A stretch of DNA of 63,979 bases from Paraspadella gotoi (GCA_051294375.1 CM119268.1:22325942-22389920), one strand, 5' to 3'. Shown: positions 27,165 through 41,510, counted from the stretch's first letter. Notes: generated by a model not told the origin, from the sequence alone. Numbers and translations are program-made.

Positions 27165-27204
27165 AGTCTCTCTGGAAGAGTGGGTTCGAATCCCACCGCT
27201 GCCA
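27165..27204 (+). pseudogene. tRNA-Leu 3'-half fragment
   Basis: AGTCTC…GTGGGTTCGAATCCCACCGCTGCCA matches the variable arm, T arm and 3' acceptor strand of animal tRNA-Leu(AAG/TAG). The D arm and anticodon arm are absent. Confidence 0.6.
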
Positions 27205-27699
27205 GCACATTAAAGGAAAAACTCATGGATTTCTAAGACGAAATCGAACGTGATTTATTCTGAGAATAATAACAATAACGGTGAGACACACGCAGGAGTC
27301 CAGATCAATTTTACTGAAACTAAGGAAAGCTAGGTCTATTTATATCTATAGAAGAGGATTAGAGGCAAGGGGTATTTTTACAATTGTATTGTTTCTGGAA
27401 GCTGATTGGTCGATGCCATTCTCTCCTCAACCAATCCGATCCTCCGATCCTATTTTGATTTCGGTTCTGGTTTATATTTTATTTCTCTTTTGGTGAGGTT
27501 GAGTCTCCTGCGATGATACTTACCCTTTATAAAATGCGTCTTATGACATTTTCTTGCCACACGGACACGACAAATTACCGTCTCATTAGCTTCGGAACTT
27601 TGGATCTGACTGTAGTTCGTCACTTCATGTGGGTTAGAAGTCCCGCTTACTAGCATTGATACCAAGGACCGCAATCCTTCCAGCATTCCAGCATTCCAC

Positions 27700-28105
27700 C
27701 CTCAACTCCAGCAATTATTCCCCCTCCAGCAATCCTTCTCCAACTCCAGCAATCCTTTTTTCCAACTCCAACAATCTTTGTCCCCAACTCCAGCAAACGT
27801 TTTCCCCAACTCCAGCAATCCTTCCCCCTCCAGTAATCCTTCTCCTACTCCAGCAATCTTTTTCCCCAACTCTAGCAATCCTTCCCCAACTCCAGCAATC
27901 CTCCAACTAAGGCAATTCTTTTCCCAACTCCAGCAATTCTTTTCCCCACTCAAGTAACTCCAGAAATCCTTTTTCCCAACTCCAACAATCCGTTTCCAAA
28001 ACTCTAGCAAGCCTTCCCAAACTCCAGCAACCCTTCCCCCTCCAGCAATTCTTCTCCAACTCCAGCAATCCTTTTCCCCAACTCCAGCAATCCGTCCCCC
28101 ACTCC
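27700..28105. repeat. ~21-23-bp minisatellite
   Basis: Unit approximately CTCCAGCAATCCTTYTCCCCAA. Confidence 0.85.
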
Positions 28106-29981
28106 TTAATCCTTTATTAAAAATCGAGTCTAGAAAATTATCCCACCGGATTTCAAACTTGGTAGAGTTGACATCGGGAGAAGAAATCGATTGACATCTT
28201 AAAGATGGTGAAAGGAAATTCACCGAGAAAAGATCGAAGAAAGAAGAAGGAGGAGGAGGAGGAGGAGGAGGAGGAGAGTACGAATACGAATCAAAGGTGA
28301 AAACTGGTCAAGTCTGTGAAGGATGAGGGAGATGGTTCGTTGATTTGTGAAATCACATGCGTGATAACCGATTAGGTAATAAGCGAGTTTGTGAACAAAA
28401 TTTATTTATTCAATAATTGATAATTTAATTAACTTGTTTATTCATTTATTCATTTATTTGTTTGTTCGTTCGTTTATACATTCTTTTGATTCTTTTTTTT
28501 AAATAATTTGCTGAATTATTCAGCCTTTCTTTCATTCATATTTATATTCATTCCTTTGATACTTTGATTAATTCATTCATTCCACTAATTGATTCTTTCA
28601 TTCAGTCATTCATTAACAGGATCACTCCTCAATTTATTCATTCCTTTTTTCATTCATTCATTCATTCATTCATTCATTTATTCATTCATTCATTCATTCC
28701 ATTGGCAATCCAGACGTCCCAGATCTCAGGGTCCCAGGTTCGAATCCTGTGGCGGACGGATTTATTTCCCAAAAGAAATATCTCCACTCGAGAGGCCGCA
28801 GATTCATTCACTCATTCATTCATACATTCACTCCATAATTCATTAATTCCTTTTATTAATTTTTTTTTCAGTCACTCATTCATTCAATCATTCATTGATT
28901 CATTCATCCCATTCATTCAATTCATTGCCCTTCATTTAAGACGCCCTTCCCGGTTCCAACCATTCTGGTCACCGGAGCGAGTTCGATGACGATGCAGCCT
29001 CCAACTCCGCCGCCGCCGCAGACGACGCGGCGAATCCGCTCCCCGACGCAGCGTTGGCCGCCGGAATGGCTGGCGACGCCTCGTCGCCGGGTCGGAGCGG
29101 CGAGGGCGGCGCCGCGCGGAGCTGGGCTGCGGGCTGCGGGCTGCGGGCTGCGGGCGGCGTCGGGGAAGTTAAGAAGAAGACAAACCAATCGGTTCAGGGT
29201 CAGTCGTTGTTGTCCNNNNNNNNNNGGATGAGGGAGATGGTGAGATTTGGTTCGTTGATTTGTGAAATCACATGCGTGATAACCAATTAGGTAATAAGCG
29301 AGTTTGTGAGCAAAATTTATTTATTCAATAATTGATAATTTAATTAACTTGTTAATTCATTTATTCATTTATTTGTTTGTTCGTTCGTTTATACATTCTT
29401 TAGATTCTTTTTTTAAAATAATTTGCTGAATTATTCAGCCTTTCTTTCATTCATATTTATATTCATTCCTTTGATACATTGATTAATTCATTCATTCCAC
29501 TAATTGATTCATTCATTCAGTCATTCANNNNNNNNNNTATTTCAAAGAATGTTCCATATATAATAGACTCCAACCCCATTCACCAAACACCAAATACCAA
29601 ACACCAAATATAGTTTTAGCTATTACTCTTTTTTATAAAATTATTTTATGTTTCATTAAAAATATTTGGGCTAAAACTAATTGAATTTCAATGTTGAGCA
29701 AATTAAAGTTTTATATTTGATAAAGATTTTGTTTAAAAATTAATACCGAAAAATATCCTATTTTGTTATTTTTTTAATTTTATATGAAATTTTCAAAATT
29801 ACCTATTTCAATATCTTATATTGTTATATTTTATGAATGTTTTACTATTTAAACTTAGAGAAAAACAAAGTTTATTTTTTTATTTATAACGATTTTTATT
29901 TTTACATAGGGACATGTTTTGGCTTTATGTATAAGCCTTCATCAGCGTTTGAATAATCAGACAAATTTTCTCTTAACATTG

Positions 29982-30033
<52 letters not shown>

Positions 30034-30517
30034 TGAGAGGGAGAGAGAGAAAAGAGAGAGAGATAAAGCTTCCAACAAAGGTTGAGAAAAAGACAGTGGT
30101 CAGATTGAGGACAGGTGAAGGTAATGCTTTACTATTTAAACTATATTATTTAATTATATATATATTACTTTTTAAAAATATTATTTGCTTATTATATCTA
30201 ATAATTCATTTTGGAGGAGGAGGTCAGTGAGGTTTTCTGGAAATCGAGGGAGCATAGAATAGAATACAATTAGACTACAATATTTAATATTTAATACAAT
30301 ATTTAATTATCATTTTGCGCATTTCAAATTATTAAAGATAAACCTTTCCCTTTTAAATCTTAGCAAATTAGATTCATAAGTTTATTCGTTATATCTTTAG
30401 TTTTTAAAGATCCTTTCCTCAATTAAAAATTGCCGTACTTTTATTCAGTTAACTACTAGTAAACCAAAAATTGTCTATTACCTATTTAGAAAAAATCCTT
30501 TGCCTAAGTTCACCCTT

Positions 30518-31083
30518 AGGAATGAACCACATTATACTAATAAACATTTTATATAATAAAAAAATTATTAATAAATTTTACAATTTATGACAGTAGGCCA
30601 TATTTATACTAGTACTAATCCAATAAATATTAAAATTTCAAAACAGTTTTTTTTTTAAATTTTTTGCAGATTTGGATTCCGTCATAAAAGTTGATAGAAA
30701 GAAATATAACTCTTTTTAAAAATTCCTTCATTAAGTGGGTTCAAAAATTAAAAAAAAGCTATATTTTAAGCTGAAAATTAACTTTTTATATATTAAATTT
30801 AGTTTTTTTAATTTTTTAACCCACTTAATGAAAGACATTTTTAAAAAATGATTTATTTTCTTTTATCAACTTTTGACGAGGAATTCAAATCTGCATCAAA
30901 ATTAAGAAAAGCATATTTTGAAATTTTTCGATTTTATAAGGATAGTACTATGTATAAATATAGCCTACTGCGAAAATTAAACGCATAAAATTAATTTTTT
31001 TACATATTAATATTCACTGATTGGTATTGTTGTTCATAAATTGACATTTTAGAATTTTCGTATGTAACTTTCACTACGCCTTA
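30518..31083. mobile_element. hAT-type foldback MITE, copy C (left end lost)
   Basis: Colinear with copies A and B; ends CACTACGCCTTA. Confidence 0.75.
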
Positions 31084-31403
31084 CTGACTACACTCTTCCC
31101 ATCGGTTGGTCAACGCTAACTTACCTTCTCTTACTTTATTGTAACTTGTAATTCATCGAGTCAAACAAAAGTCTTAAGTAATGAATAACATAAAATGAGT
31201 CATTACTAAATTGGGGAAAAAGAGTTTTTATTCAGGGAGAAACAAAAAACATTTCACAGTCGAAAAATTGAGAATAAGCATTTTGGAAATCACGCATTGA
31301 GTCTCTCTCTCTTCTCTCTCTTCTCCTCTCTCTCTCTCTCTGCAGAATATAGCATTTTGGAAATCACGCATTGAGTCTCTCTTCTCTCTCTCTCTTCTCT
31401 CTT

Positions 31404-31438
<35 letters not shown>

Positions 31439-31593
31439 CTTCTCTCTCTTCTCTCTCTCTCTCACGGTCTTCATCCTTGACATCGAACGATTTCTTACAA
31501 AGTCTCTCTTATCTTTTCCACTTCTTCCCCCTCTCTCTCTCTCTCACGGCTCTTTTATCGATGCATTCTAACAAAGTCTCTTCTCCACCCTTC

Positions 31594-31622
<29 letters not shown>

Positions 31623-31624
<2 letters not shown>

Positions 31625-32272
31625 ACGGCTCTTCATCCTTGACATCGACAACGATTCTAACAAAGTCTCTCTCCACTTCCTCTCTCTCTATCGAGTATCC
31701 CGCGATGGATAAAGTATTAAGACCGTCGCTTTTGAATCTTCGCGCTGCGCCGTGGATGAGCCGGCTCCTGTTGTCGTTGTTGTCGTTGTTTATCGCCGTC
31801 GTCGTGGCAACGAGGACCGGGGAATGAGAGAGGTAAGGGATAGAGAAAGGGATAAAAAAAAGGGTGGGGAAATCCTCATTAGCAAAATGATTTAAAAAGA
31901 TCGATCTTCCTGTAGTTATGCTGAATTCGTATTTACGGTAAAACTTTTAAAAAGAAGTAAAAGAAAAAATATTAGTAGAAATAAGTTTGAATTTATTTGC
32001 AACAATTATTTTATTAGTACATAAGGACGTACATGTTTCGGCTTTAGTTACAAGCCTTCTTTAGCGTCATAGAAAAATTGTTTGTGAACTTTCACAAATC
32101 ATTTGTGCAAAGGAAAAGTAAGAGAGAGAGAGAGAGAGAGATAGAGGGCAAAGTTTCCATCACAGAGTTGAGAAAAAGAATAGTGGTCAGATGTGAGGAC
32201 AGGTCAAGGTGAAGACAGATTGAGTTAGACTGTGAAAAGAAATTAAGTGGTGAAAATTTTGAGAGAGAGAGG

Positions 32273-32314
<42 letters not shown>

Positions 32315-35300
32315 AAAAGGAACATTAGTAACAATACATTGTGCAATGTACAACAGAGATAAATGATTTAAACTAACAGTGAAATAAACATTTTAACATG
32401 AAACTACTTAATAAATAATTGAGTATAAAACAGTGAAATTGAAATGTGAAAGGAAAGAGAGAATTAAGTTTGGAAGATATTAATGTGTAAAGTGAAATTT
32501 AAGAATTAAGAAAGAGCTCAAAATGAGCTGGCCCCCTTTAAATCATTTATCTCTGTTGTACATTGCACAATGTATTGTTACTAATGTTCCTTTTTTCTTT
32601 TCTCTCTCTCTCTCTCTGATTTGTGAAAGTTCACAAACAATTTTTCTGTGACGCTGAAGAAGGCTTGTAACTAAAGCCGAAACATGTACGTCCTTATGTA
32701 CTAATAAAATCGTTGTTGCAAATAAATTCAAACTTATTTCTACTAATCCAAACACAACGAAAAGAAAGGAAAATTCGCTATGCCTAAGAAAAAATATTAA
32801 AATCAATTATAAATGTTTTCAGGGTTCTCTCGCCTTTTTGGCAAAAAAAAAATTAAAATCAATTATAAATGTTGTTTTAAGGGTTCTCTTACCTTTTTGG
32901 CAAAACAAAAATTAAAATCAATTATAAATGTTGTTTTAAGGGTTCTCTTTCCTTTTTGGCAAAAACAAATATGAAAATCAATTATAAATGTTTTTTTTAG
33001 GGTTCTCTTGCCTTTTTGGCAAATAAAAATACTAAAATAAATTATAAATGTTGTTTTAAGGGTTCTCTTTCCTTTTTGGCAAAAACAAATATCAAAATCA
33101 ATTATAAATGTTGTTTTAAGAGTTCTCTTGCCTTTTTGCTAAAAAAAATATTAAAATAAATTATAAATGTTGTTTTAAGAGTTTTCTTGCCTTTTTGGTT
33201 CCCGTTTAGAGTAAGGCTCCTTGCTCTTTTGGTGAAAGAGCATGGTGTAGTGAAATAAATGGTTCGTAACTGGTTCACGCTTGAGTGGAAAACCTGGGGG
33301 GAACGACAGATAAATAATAGTAATGGTATTAATGAGTAATGATTGCGATCTTCAATAGTAATGGTAATATGCGATTTTATTCGATCAGAACAAAGTGGAT
33401 TCAGTACATTCAAAATAAAAAAACATAGACTTAAATCTGAGCAAACAAAAAAACAATAGAATAGAAAAAGAATTAATTAAATTAATAAGTTAAAAATTTA
33501 AATTTTTTTTTCATGTTGTAAAAAATGGAACTAGTTTCTGCAGAACTGTATTTTTTAATGTATGAATCTTCGTGATAAAGGTTTTCCTGCGATTATTAAA
33601 AATTGTAGCTTGGTCTTAACAAATGATTGTTTTTAAAATCGGACACGTTTCGACTCTTAAGGTTCGAGTCTTCATCAGCATTTGATTTAACACAATGCCA
33701 AACATAATAATAAATAATCGATTAGAAGCACCCATTCTCACTAAGGCAGCAATGTCGCTGTCGTATTAACCCGAAGTAATTTTAACAATCCGCGACATTC
33801 AGCATTTGTCACAGTCTCAGTCGTTCAGTATTGGTCACACCACGCAGCGAAATGTCTCTACCTGCAGCAACTGCTCTCTTGGCAAAATCATCGTCTTCAC
33901 CACCCCATGCCCAAAATAGATTTGAAAATCCGTTCATGGATTCGTATTGAGTCTTGGTTGTGGCGACGACTCCGCCCAGCATCATACCGTAATCCATTCT
34001 TGAGGAGGGGGGGAAATAATTAGGGTATTGTAAAAGTGGGCATCGTTGATACCGCCACTGCATCAACTCCCCTCGACCAACCTGTATCGTAAGGTATCCA
34101 CGTAAGCTCCAAAGTGTTTGGGTCCTTCATCGTCGCATCGATACAGAATCCTTTCGTCTTCAGGGATGAGATCGATATCGTGGAAGAAGAAGCAGTCGAT
34201 GTCAGGTCTAATCGAACGCGCCTTCATGAACCCCACGTTGTAGAGTTTTCCTTTGGGGGAAAAAGATTTGGAAGCGGGAAGAGGATATTCAATTTTTCTT
34301 TCCTGGATGATGTTCTTTGATATGAACAAGCGGTATAGGGATATTTGTCATTAAGAGTACACTAGCTTTGTAACAGATAATACAGTAATAAAGCTGCGTG
34401 TATATTTTAACGTACTCGTAGGATAACATGATTTATTTGCACATTTAAGAAAGGAAAAAGAAAAAAAGGGGAGAGGGAAAGAAAGTTTATGCGTTGATAT
34501 CGGACAAATGAACAGTGTTTTTCAAAAGCCTCAGGTAAACATAGTTTTTATGGTGGACTAAAATTCGCCAACCGTTCATCAGCGGCCATTGGTGCAAGAG
34601 GCAAGTTAATTGCCTCCCCAACTCAAAGGTCCGGGGTTAAATCCCGGTGGTCGCCCAGCAGTTAAGAGGGACGGGGCGCTTAACCCGCCTGTAACACGGT
34701 GAAACAGCCTGATCCGAAGCTCTGGGACTGCCTATATTGAACGGTTTTGTCATTAACTCATAACAATAATCACTGTATTTTTATTTGGTTCCTTTATTGA
34801 ATACCTTAGCAAGATATTTTCCTTGCTCCATTCCATACCTTTATTGAATGCCTTAGCAAGGTCTTTTCCATGCCACACCCCATACCTTTATTGAATGCCT
34901 TAGCAAGGTCTTTTCCATGCCACACCCCATACCTTTATTGAATGCCTTAGCAAGGTCTTTTCCATGCCACACCCCATACCTTTATTGAATGCCTTAGCAA
35001 GGTCTTTTCCATGCCACACCCCATACCTTTATTGAATGCCTTAGCAAGGTCTCCCCCTTGTTCCACAACAAATATTTGATAATCGATTTTTTGTCGTTGA
35101 AGAAAAGGATTAATGACGCTGAGAAAAATACGAAGATGCTCCTCTCGATCTCTGATGAATAAAAATTGTTAAAAATGTCGAATTATTTGTCTAATTAATG
35201 TTAATAATCTTTATCACTAATTTATACTTTTTAGTTTTTAATAAGATAAAGTATTTGAAACAAAACGCAGTTATGTAATGTATTATTAAAATGCTTTAAA

Positions 35301-36853
35301 GCGCTTCTATTACCTGTAGGTTATAACAATCGCGACTTTATTTTTAGAATGGCAATTTTTGGGTTTGTGAACGCCTCCCATTTCCGTGTTTTGCCTGAAA
35401 AATTGCAACCTTTATTTTGGTGACTGTTCAGGTGTACACAGTCTTGACTTAAAGATTGCAGTGTCTTGCAATGAAATAAAACCAATGTAATAATTATCCA
35501 TTCATTAACAAACATCCCTGATTTTGGATAGTCTATGCCTATGGCGAGTTATGGTCTCCATTCCTTTTACAAGATGATGCACCGTTCCTCTAAAACTTTC
35601 GCTACTTTAACTCTACTTTGGCTCCACCGTTTTCTTGCTTTATACCTCCACGGTTCTTTGTCCTTCATCTGCACGCCAGGTTTCTTGATGGCCAATTGCC
35701 AAGACCTGAAGTCTTTGTAGCCCATTCGCTGCCACAATGGACCTGGAAAGTTCTAAATATCTCTTAGCCTGTGTTTAACAGCGGATGATCTTTGAATTTA
35801 ATTCATGATATCTTTTTATATATGAAATGAGAGTTTAGCAATTTTTTGTTTCATTCTATTTTAATTTTAGTCTTGAGTCTTGGTTTAAAGTTAGTGTAAG
35901 GATTGACTGACCTAGAGTAACATTGAGTACGACGCAATCGGGAAAGCTTTGATTCATTGGGAAGAGGCGACTTGGCTCAACTGCGAGAGAAAGGCCTGTT
36001 AAAGAAGGGCCTGATGGAGCGAGGCCTGCTTGATCGCTGCCTGGTGGGGTATATTCGGCTGTGGAATTGCCTGTTGGAGCGTTTCGGGTATTAAGAATGA
36101 CTAAGTTTTGAAATCGTTCACAAATGAAAAAAATTTAAAAAATAAAGAAAAAGAGACAAAAAGAAAAAAGAAAAAATGAATAAAAAAAAAGAAAAAAGAG
36201 AAAGAACAGAAAAGAAAACAGAAAAGAAGATAAAAAAAATTAAACAAAAACAGAAAATAAAATAGAAAAGAAAACAGAAAAGAAAACAAAAAAAAGAAAA
36301 AAAATAGAAAAGAAAAAAAAAGGAGAGAAAAGAGAAGAGAAAATAGAAAAAAACAGAAAAGACAGAAAAAAAAACAGAAAAGAAAACAGAAAATAAAAAA
36401 GAAAAGAAAGAAATTTACCTGAAACTCGTAATAAAATCTCACGCTTGGATTGATGAGACGTGAATTGCAAAATGTTTTTTTCGATGAGAATCACTGGTGA
36501 ATTAAGAAAGAAAATTGATTGAGAAAATCTTGAAAACTTCCTTCCCCCGTTTTTTGTTCGGCCCCAATTTTTTAAAAACGCCCCATTTCTGCTTTTACTT
36601 TTAAAATTAAAAATTAGAGTTAAGGATTAGCTTTTGGATTAGGGTCACAGATTAAGGTTTTTGGTTAAGGAATTGCATTTGGGATCATAGTTTAGGACTA
36701 GGGCTAGAAATTTAAAAAAAATTAAATTAAATTTATAAATTAAAAAAAAACAGAAATGTATCCGTTTCGTAAATTAGTGCCCTTAGTTCGCTCACCTGTC
36801 GTTAGAATTATAGAAATTTTTAAGATTCGAACGTTTGTCAATTTCCCGAACAT
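31623..36853 (-). CDS. GT7 beta-1,4-galactosyl/N-acetylgalactosaminyltransferase (bre-4/B4GALT-like), copy 4
   Basis: Exons 36853-36796, 36493-36419, 36100-35912, 35742-35646, 35394-35314, 35151-35027, 34250-34082, 33998-33862, 33293-33191 (GC donor AG|GCAAG), 31767-31623. Motifs VAIVITYR, FHDID, FWAWGGEDDD, TMLFH, SDGLNT. Confidence 0.9.
31971..32746. mobile_element. Penelope-like non-autonomous remnant with ~130-bp inverted repeats carrying hammerhead motifs
   Basis: 31971-32101 and about 32617-32746 are inverted copies, each with a hammerhead-type core. The interior matches about 29860-30122. Confidence 0.65.
32650..32692 (+). ncRNA. Minimal type I hammerhead ribozyme (Penelope-type)
   Basis: GACG-CUGAAGA-A-GGCUU(guaacua)AAGCC-GAAAC-AU-GUA^-CGUC: stem I GACG/CGUC, 5-bp stem II, palindromic ACAUGU stem III, GUA cleavage triplet. 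Confidence 0.75.
32795..33198. repeat. ~60-bp tandem repeat, about 7 copies, containing the exon 9 end and splice donor
   Basis: Each unit carries a CCAAAAAG|GNAAG-like motif on the minus strand. Confidence 0.88.
33636..33688 (-). ncRNA. Minimal hammerhead ribozyme motif, sense to the GT7 copy 4 intron
   Basis: CUGAUGA-A-GACUC(gaaccuuaa)GAGUC-GAAAC-GU-GUC^ with an intact core. Stem I is weak and bulged. Confidence 0.55.
34790..35052. repeat. 47-bp tandem repeat, about 5.5 copies, containing the exon 6 end and splice donor
   Basis: Minus-strand unit ACCTTGCTAAGGCATTCAATAAAG|GTATGGGGTGTGGCATGGAAAAG. Confidence 0.9.
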
Positions 36854-36987
36854 TTTTTGTGTTTTTTTTTATCATGAAATTTCGTTCGATTCGATCAATC
36901 AATCAGTTATGAGATTTTGATCAAAGTATTTTGTGTCGTTTTTCTTTTTTTTTTTTTTTGTTCATACTGCTTTTCCTTTTTTCTCGG

Positions 36988-37021
<34 letters not shown>

Positions 37022-37597
37022 CGACGACGTTCAAACCCAAAACTTGAATTTGATTCGGGTTTTTTAATTGGATACCAAAACATTTTTTCAATATCCTGTT
37101 CCTTCGTTTGTTTGTTTTTTTTTTGTTGTGGTTGTTGTTTCTTTTCTTTTTTTAATCCCAATTCCGAGTTAAATCCAATAATTTTCTATTTATAGCATCG
37201 AAGGAAACGGATTGATCGTGTAAGAAATTTTGGGTAAATTTTAAGACAGTTGGGCCTGAAGGAGATTTGAAAACGATAGTAAATTTTAACTTCTAAACTA
37301 ACGAAATTATAACGCTTATAAAAACGGTTGAATAATCAAACGAGTTGAATATTAAATATTAAATAATGGCGACTTTGTCGATGAATATGACGCATGCGAA
37401 GAGGGAGAGAAAAAGGAACAGGTTACAAAAACTAGTTTGACGAGATCATCTAGATTCGAATGACCACGTGGTCGTCGGTCACAATGACCCTCAGGATTTT
37501 GTCATCGGTCAGGATCTCGGGTCGACCGACTAAAGTGGTCGAGACTCAGGAACTGATATCCTTTTTTTTTATTATTAAAAATTTAGAAAACGAAAGT

Positions 37598-37800
37598 GTT
37601 TTAGTTGCGCCGCAAGTACTCGCGGAGTAATTCTATACTTTATAGTCTATAAGTCACTTTTCGGTCGGTCTGTCGGTTGGTCCGTCAGTATGTCTGACCG
37701 TCGTTCTGTCCCACTTACGTTAAAATTGTATATAAATTATATTATATTATATTATATATTATTATATTATATTATATTCATTTTTAACGTAAGTGGGACA
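37598..37800 (+). mobile_element. DINE-1/HINE-like element with GTCY microsatellite and internal hairpin
   Basis: TTTTAGTTGCGCCGCAAGTA start shared with about 9427 (related sequence near 26104), GTCC/GTCG repeats, and a 19-bp inverted repeat at 37707-37800. Confidence 0.5.
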
Positions 37801-38440
37801 TATTATAATATTTATATATATAGTATAATTCGCCTATAGTTACTTGCTCATTTGTTCAGACAGGAAAAAACCTCGAATTTAAGGGACTCCGAGCGCCGCC
37901 TTCAGGAAATCCTAAAACTATAAAGAAAAAAAGACGTAATTACGTGTGTCTCAATAAATACATGGGCTAAAAAAGTAGTCATGTCATGTCACGTCACGTC
38001 ATGTCTCATCATGTCATGTTACGACGAAATACACAGTGATAAGGCAGTCACTGCGACGCAACACATTTTGAATTACGATTCTTGTTTTTTTGTTTTTTTT
38101 TTGTTTTGTTTTCTTGTATTCCTCCTTCTCTTTCCTTTCCTCCTTCTCTCTCCCCCTTCTCCCCTCTCCTTTTCTCCTCTCTCTTCTTCTCTCTAACTAA
38201 TTTTCCTCCCTTCCCTCTCTTTTCATCCTCCCTCACTTCCTCCTCTCTCCCTTCCTTCCTCCCATCTCTTCTTCCTTCTCTCTCCCTTCCTCTCTTCCCC
38301 TCCCCTTCTTCCTCTTCTCTTCCTTCCAAATCCTCTTCCCCCCTCTCTCTCCTCCTCCTCTTTCTCTTCCTACTCCCTCCTCCCACCTTTCTCTCCCCTT
38401 CCTCTTCCCCCTTCCTTTCTTCCTCCGCTCTCTCCCTCAG

Positions 38441-40367
<1,927 letters not shown>

Positions 40368-40458
40368 AAAAAGGATCGAATTTGGAGGCAGAAAAGAGAA
40401 ATCCGGCGACAAAGCATTTCATGTTCGAAGAGGAAGGGATGGCGGAGAATGAGGAGGA

Positions 40459-40527
<69 letters not shown>

Positions 40528-40531
40528 GAGA

Positions 40532-40567
<36 letters not shown>

Positions 40568-41360
40568 CTCATCAATTAAGATGATAATAATTATCTTATA
40601 TATTATAAACGAAAGAGCGCGAATCCATATTTTTTTAATTTGTTTTTAAAAAATGAAACAAAAGACTGAATCCATAATTTGTTTGTTTTTTTGTTTGTTT
40701 TTTTTGATTTGTTTTTTAAAAAATGAAACAAAAGACTGAATTTGTACATTACATTTTTAAAATCCCAGCCGAAAATTTTGGATCCAAAAACTTGTTCACT
40801 GGACGAATTAAAGGAGGAAATTCTCTTGCCTCTCGTTTTGAAGGTAATCAATTGTTAATGAACAGTGAACAGTGAACAGTGAACAGTGAACCTTGTTGTT
40901 TCTTGCTCGATTGATTATAAACATTGATTTATGACTTTAGTAGTCCTATTTAGGCGAGTGATTTTGAATCAATTGCTGAGAAAGTTTTAAAAAAAGACGC
41001 AAATTGATCTTTTTTAAAAGTCGCAGAAATATACAAATCAAGTCGAACAAAAAAAAACACTTTTTTGTTTTAATGACGAAGATCGACTTTTGACTTTTGG
41101 ATTTTCAAGTTTAAAATGAAAAAAACAAGGAACTATGTTGTACTTTGAGCGTGACCAAGCTAACGTCTTTGACTGTATACTATACTATACTATGTTATAC
41201 AGTGTATAGTGTATACAATATCTTATGTGTTTTGTATAGTTTTATTCAATTAAGGTTAGTCTTTTTTCAGTCTAATTCCAGCATTTTTTAATGTGAAATT
41301 TACGAAAAAATATGTTAATTAGGTTTATAAAGTGAGTGATAGAGTGAATAAATAAATTGC

Positions 41361-41510
<150 letters not shown>

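Noticed and set aside
28700-28760. Possible tRNA gene (GGTTCGAATCC B-box)
   Set aside because: No acceptor stem or D arm can be built; at most a SINE head fragment.
28321-29527. ~300-bp direct repeat resembling LTRs
   Set aside because: The second copy is bounded by N gaps on both sides and there is no TG…CA, PBS or TSD; likely an assembly overlap. The GC-rich 28940-29200 block could be an exon but could not be linked to a gene.
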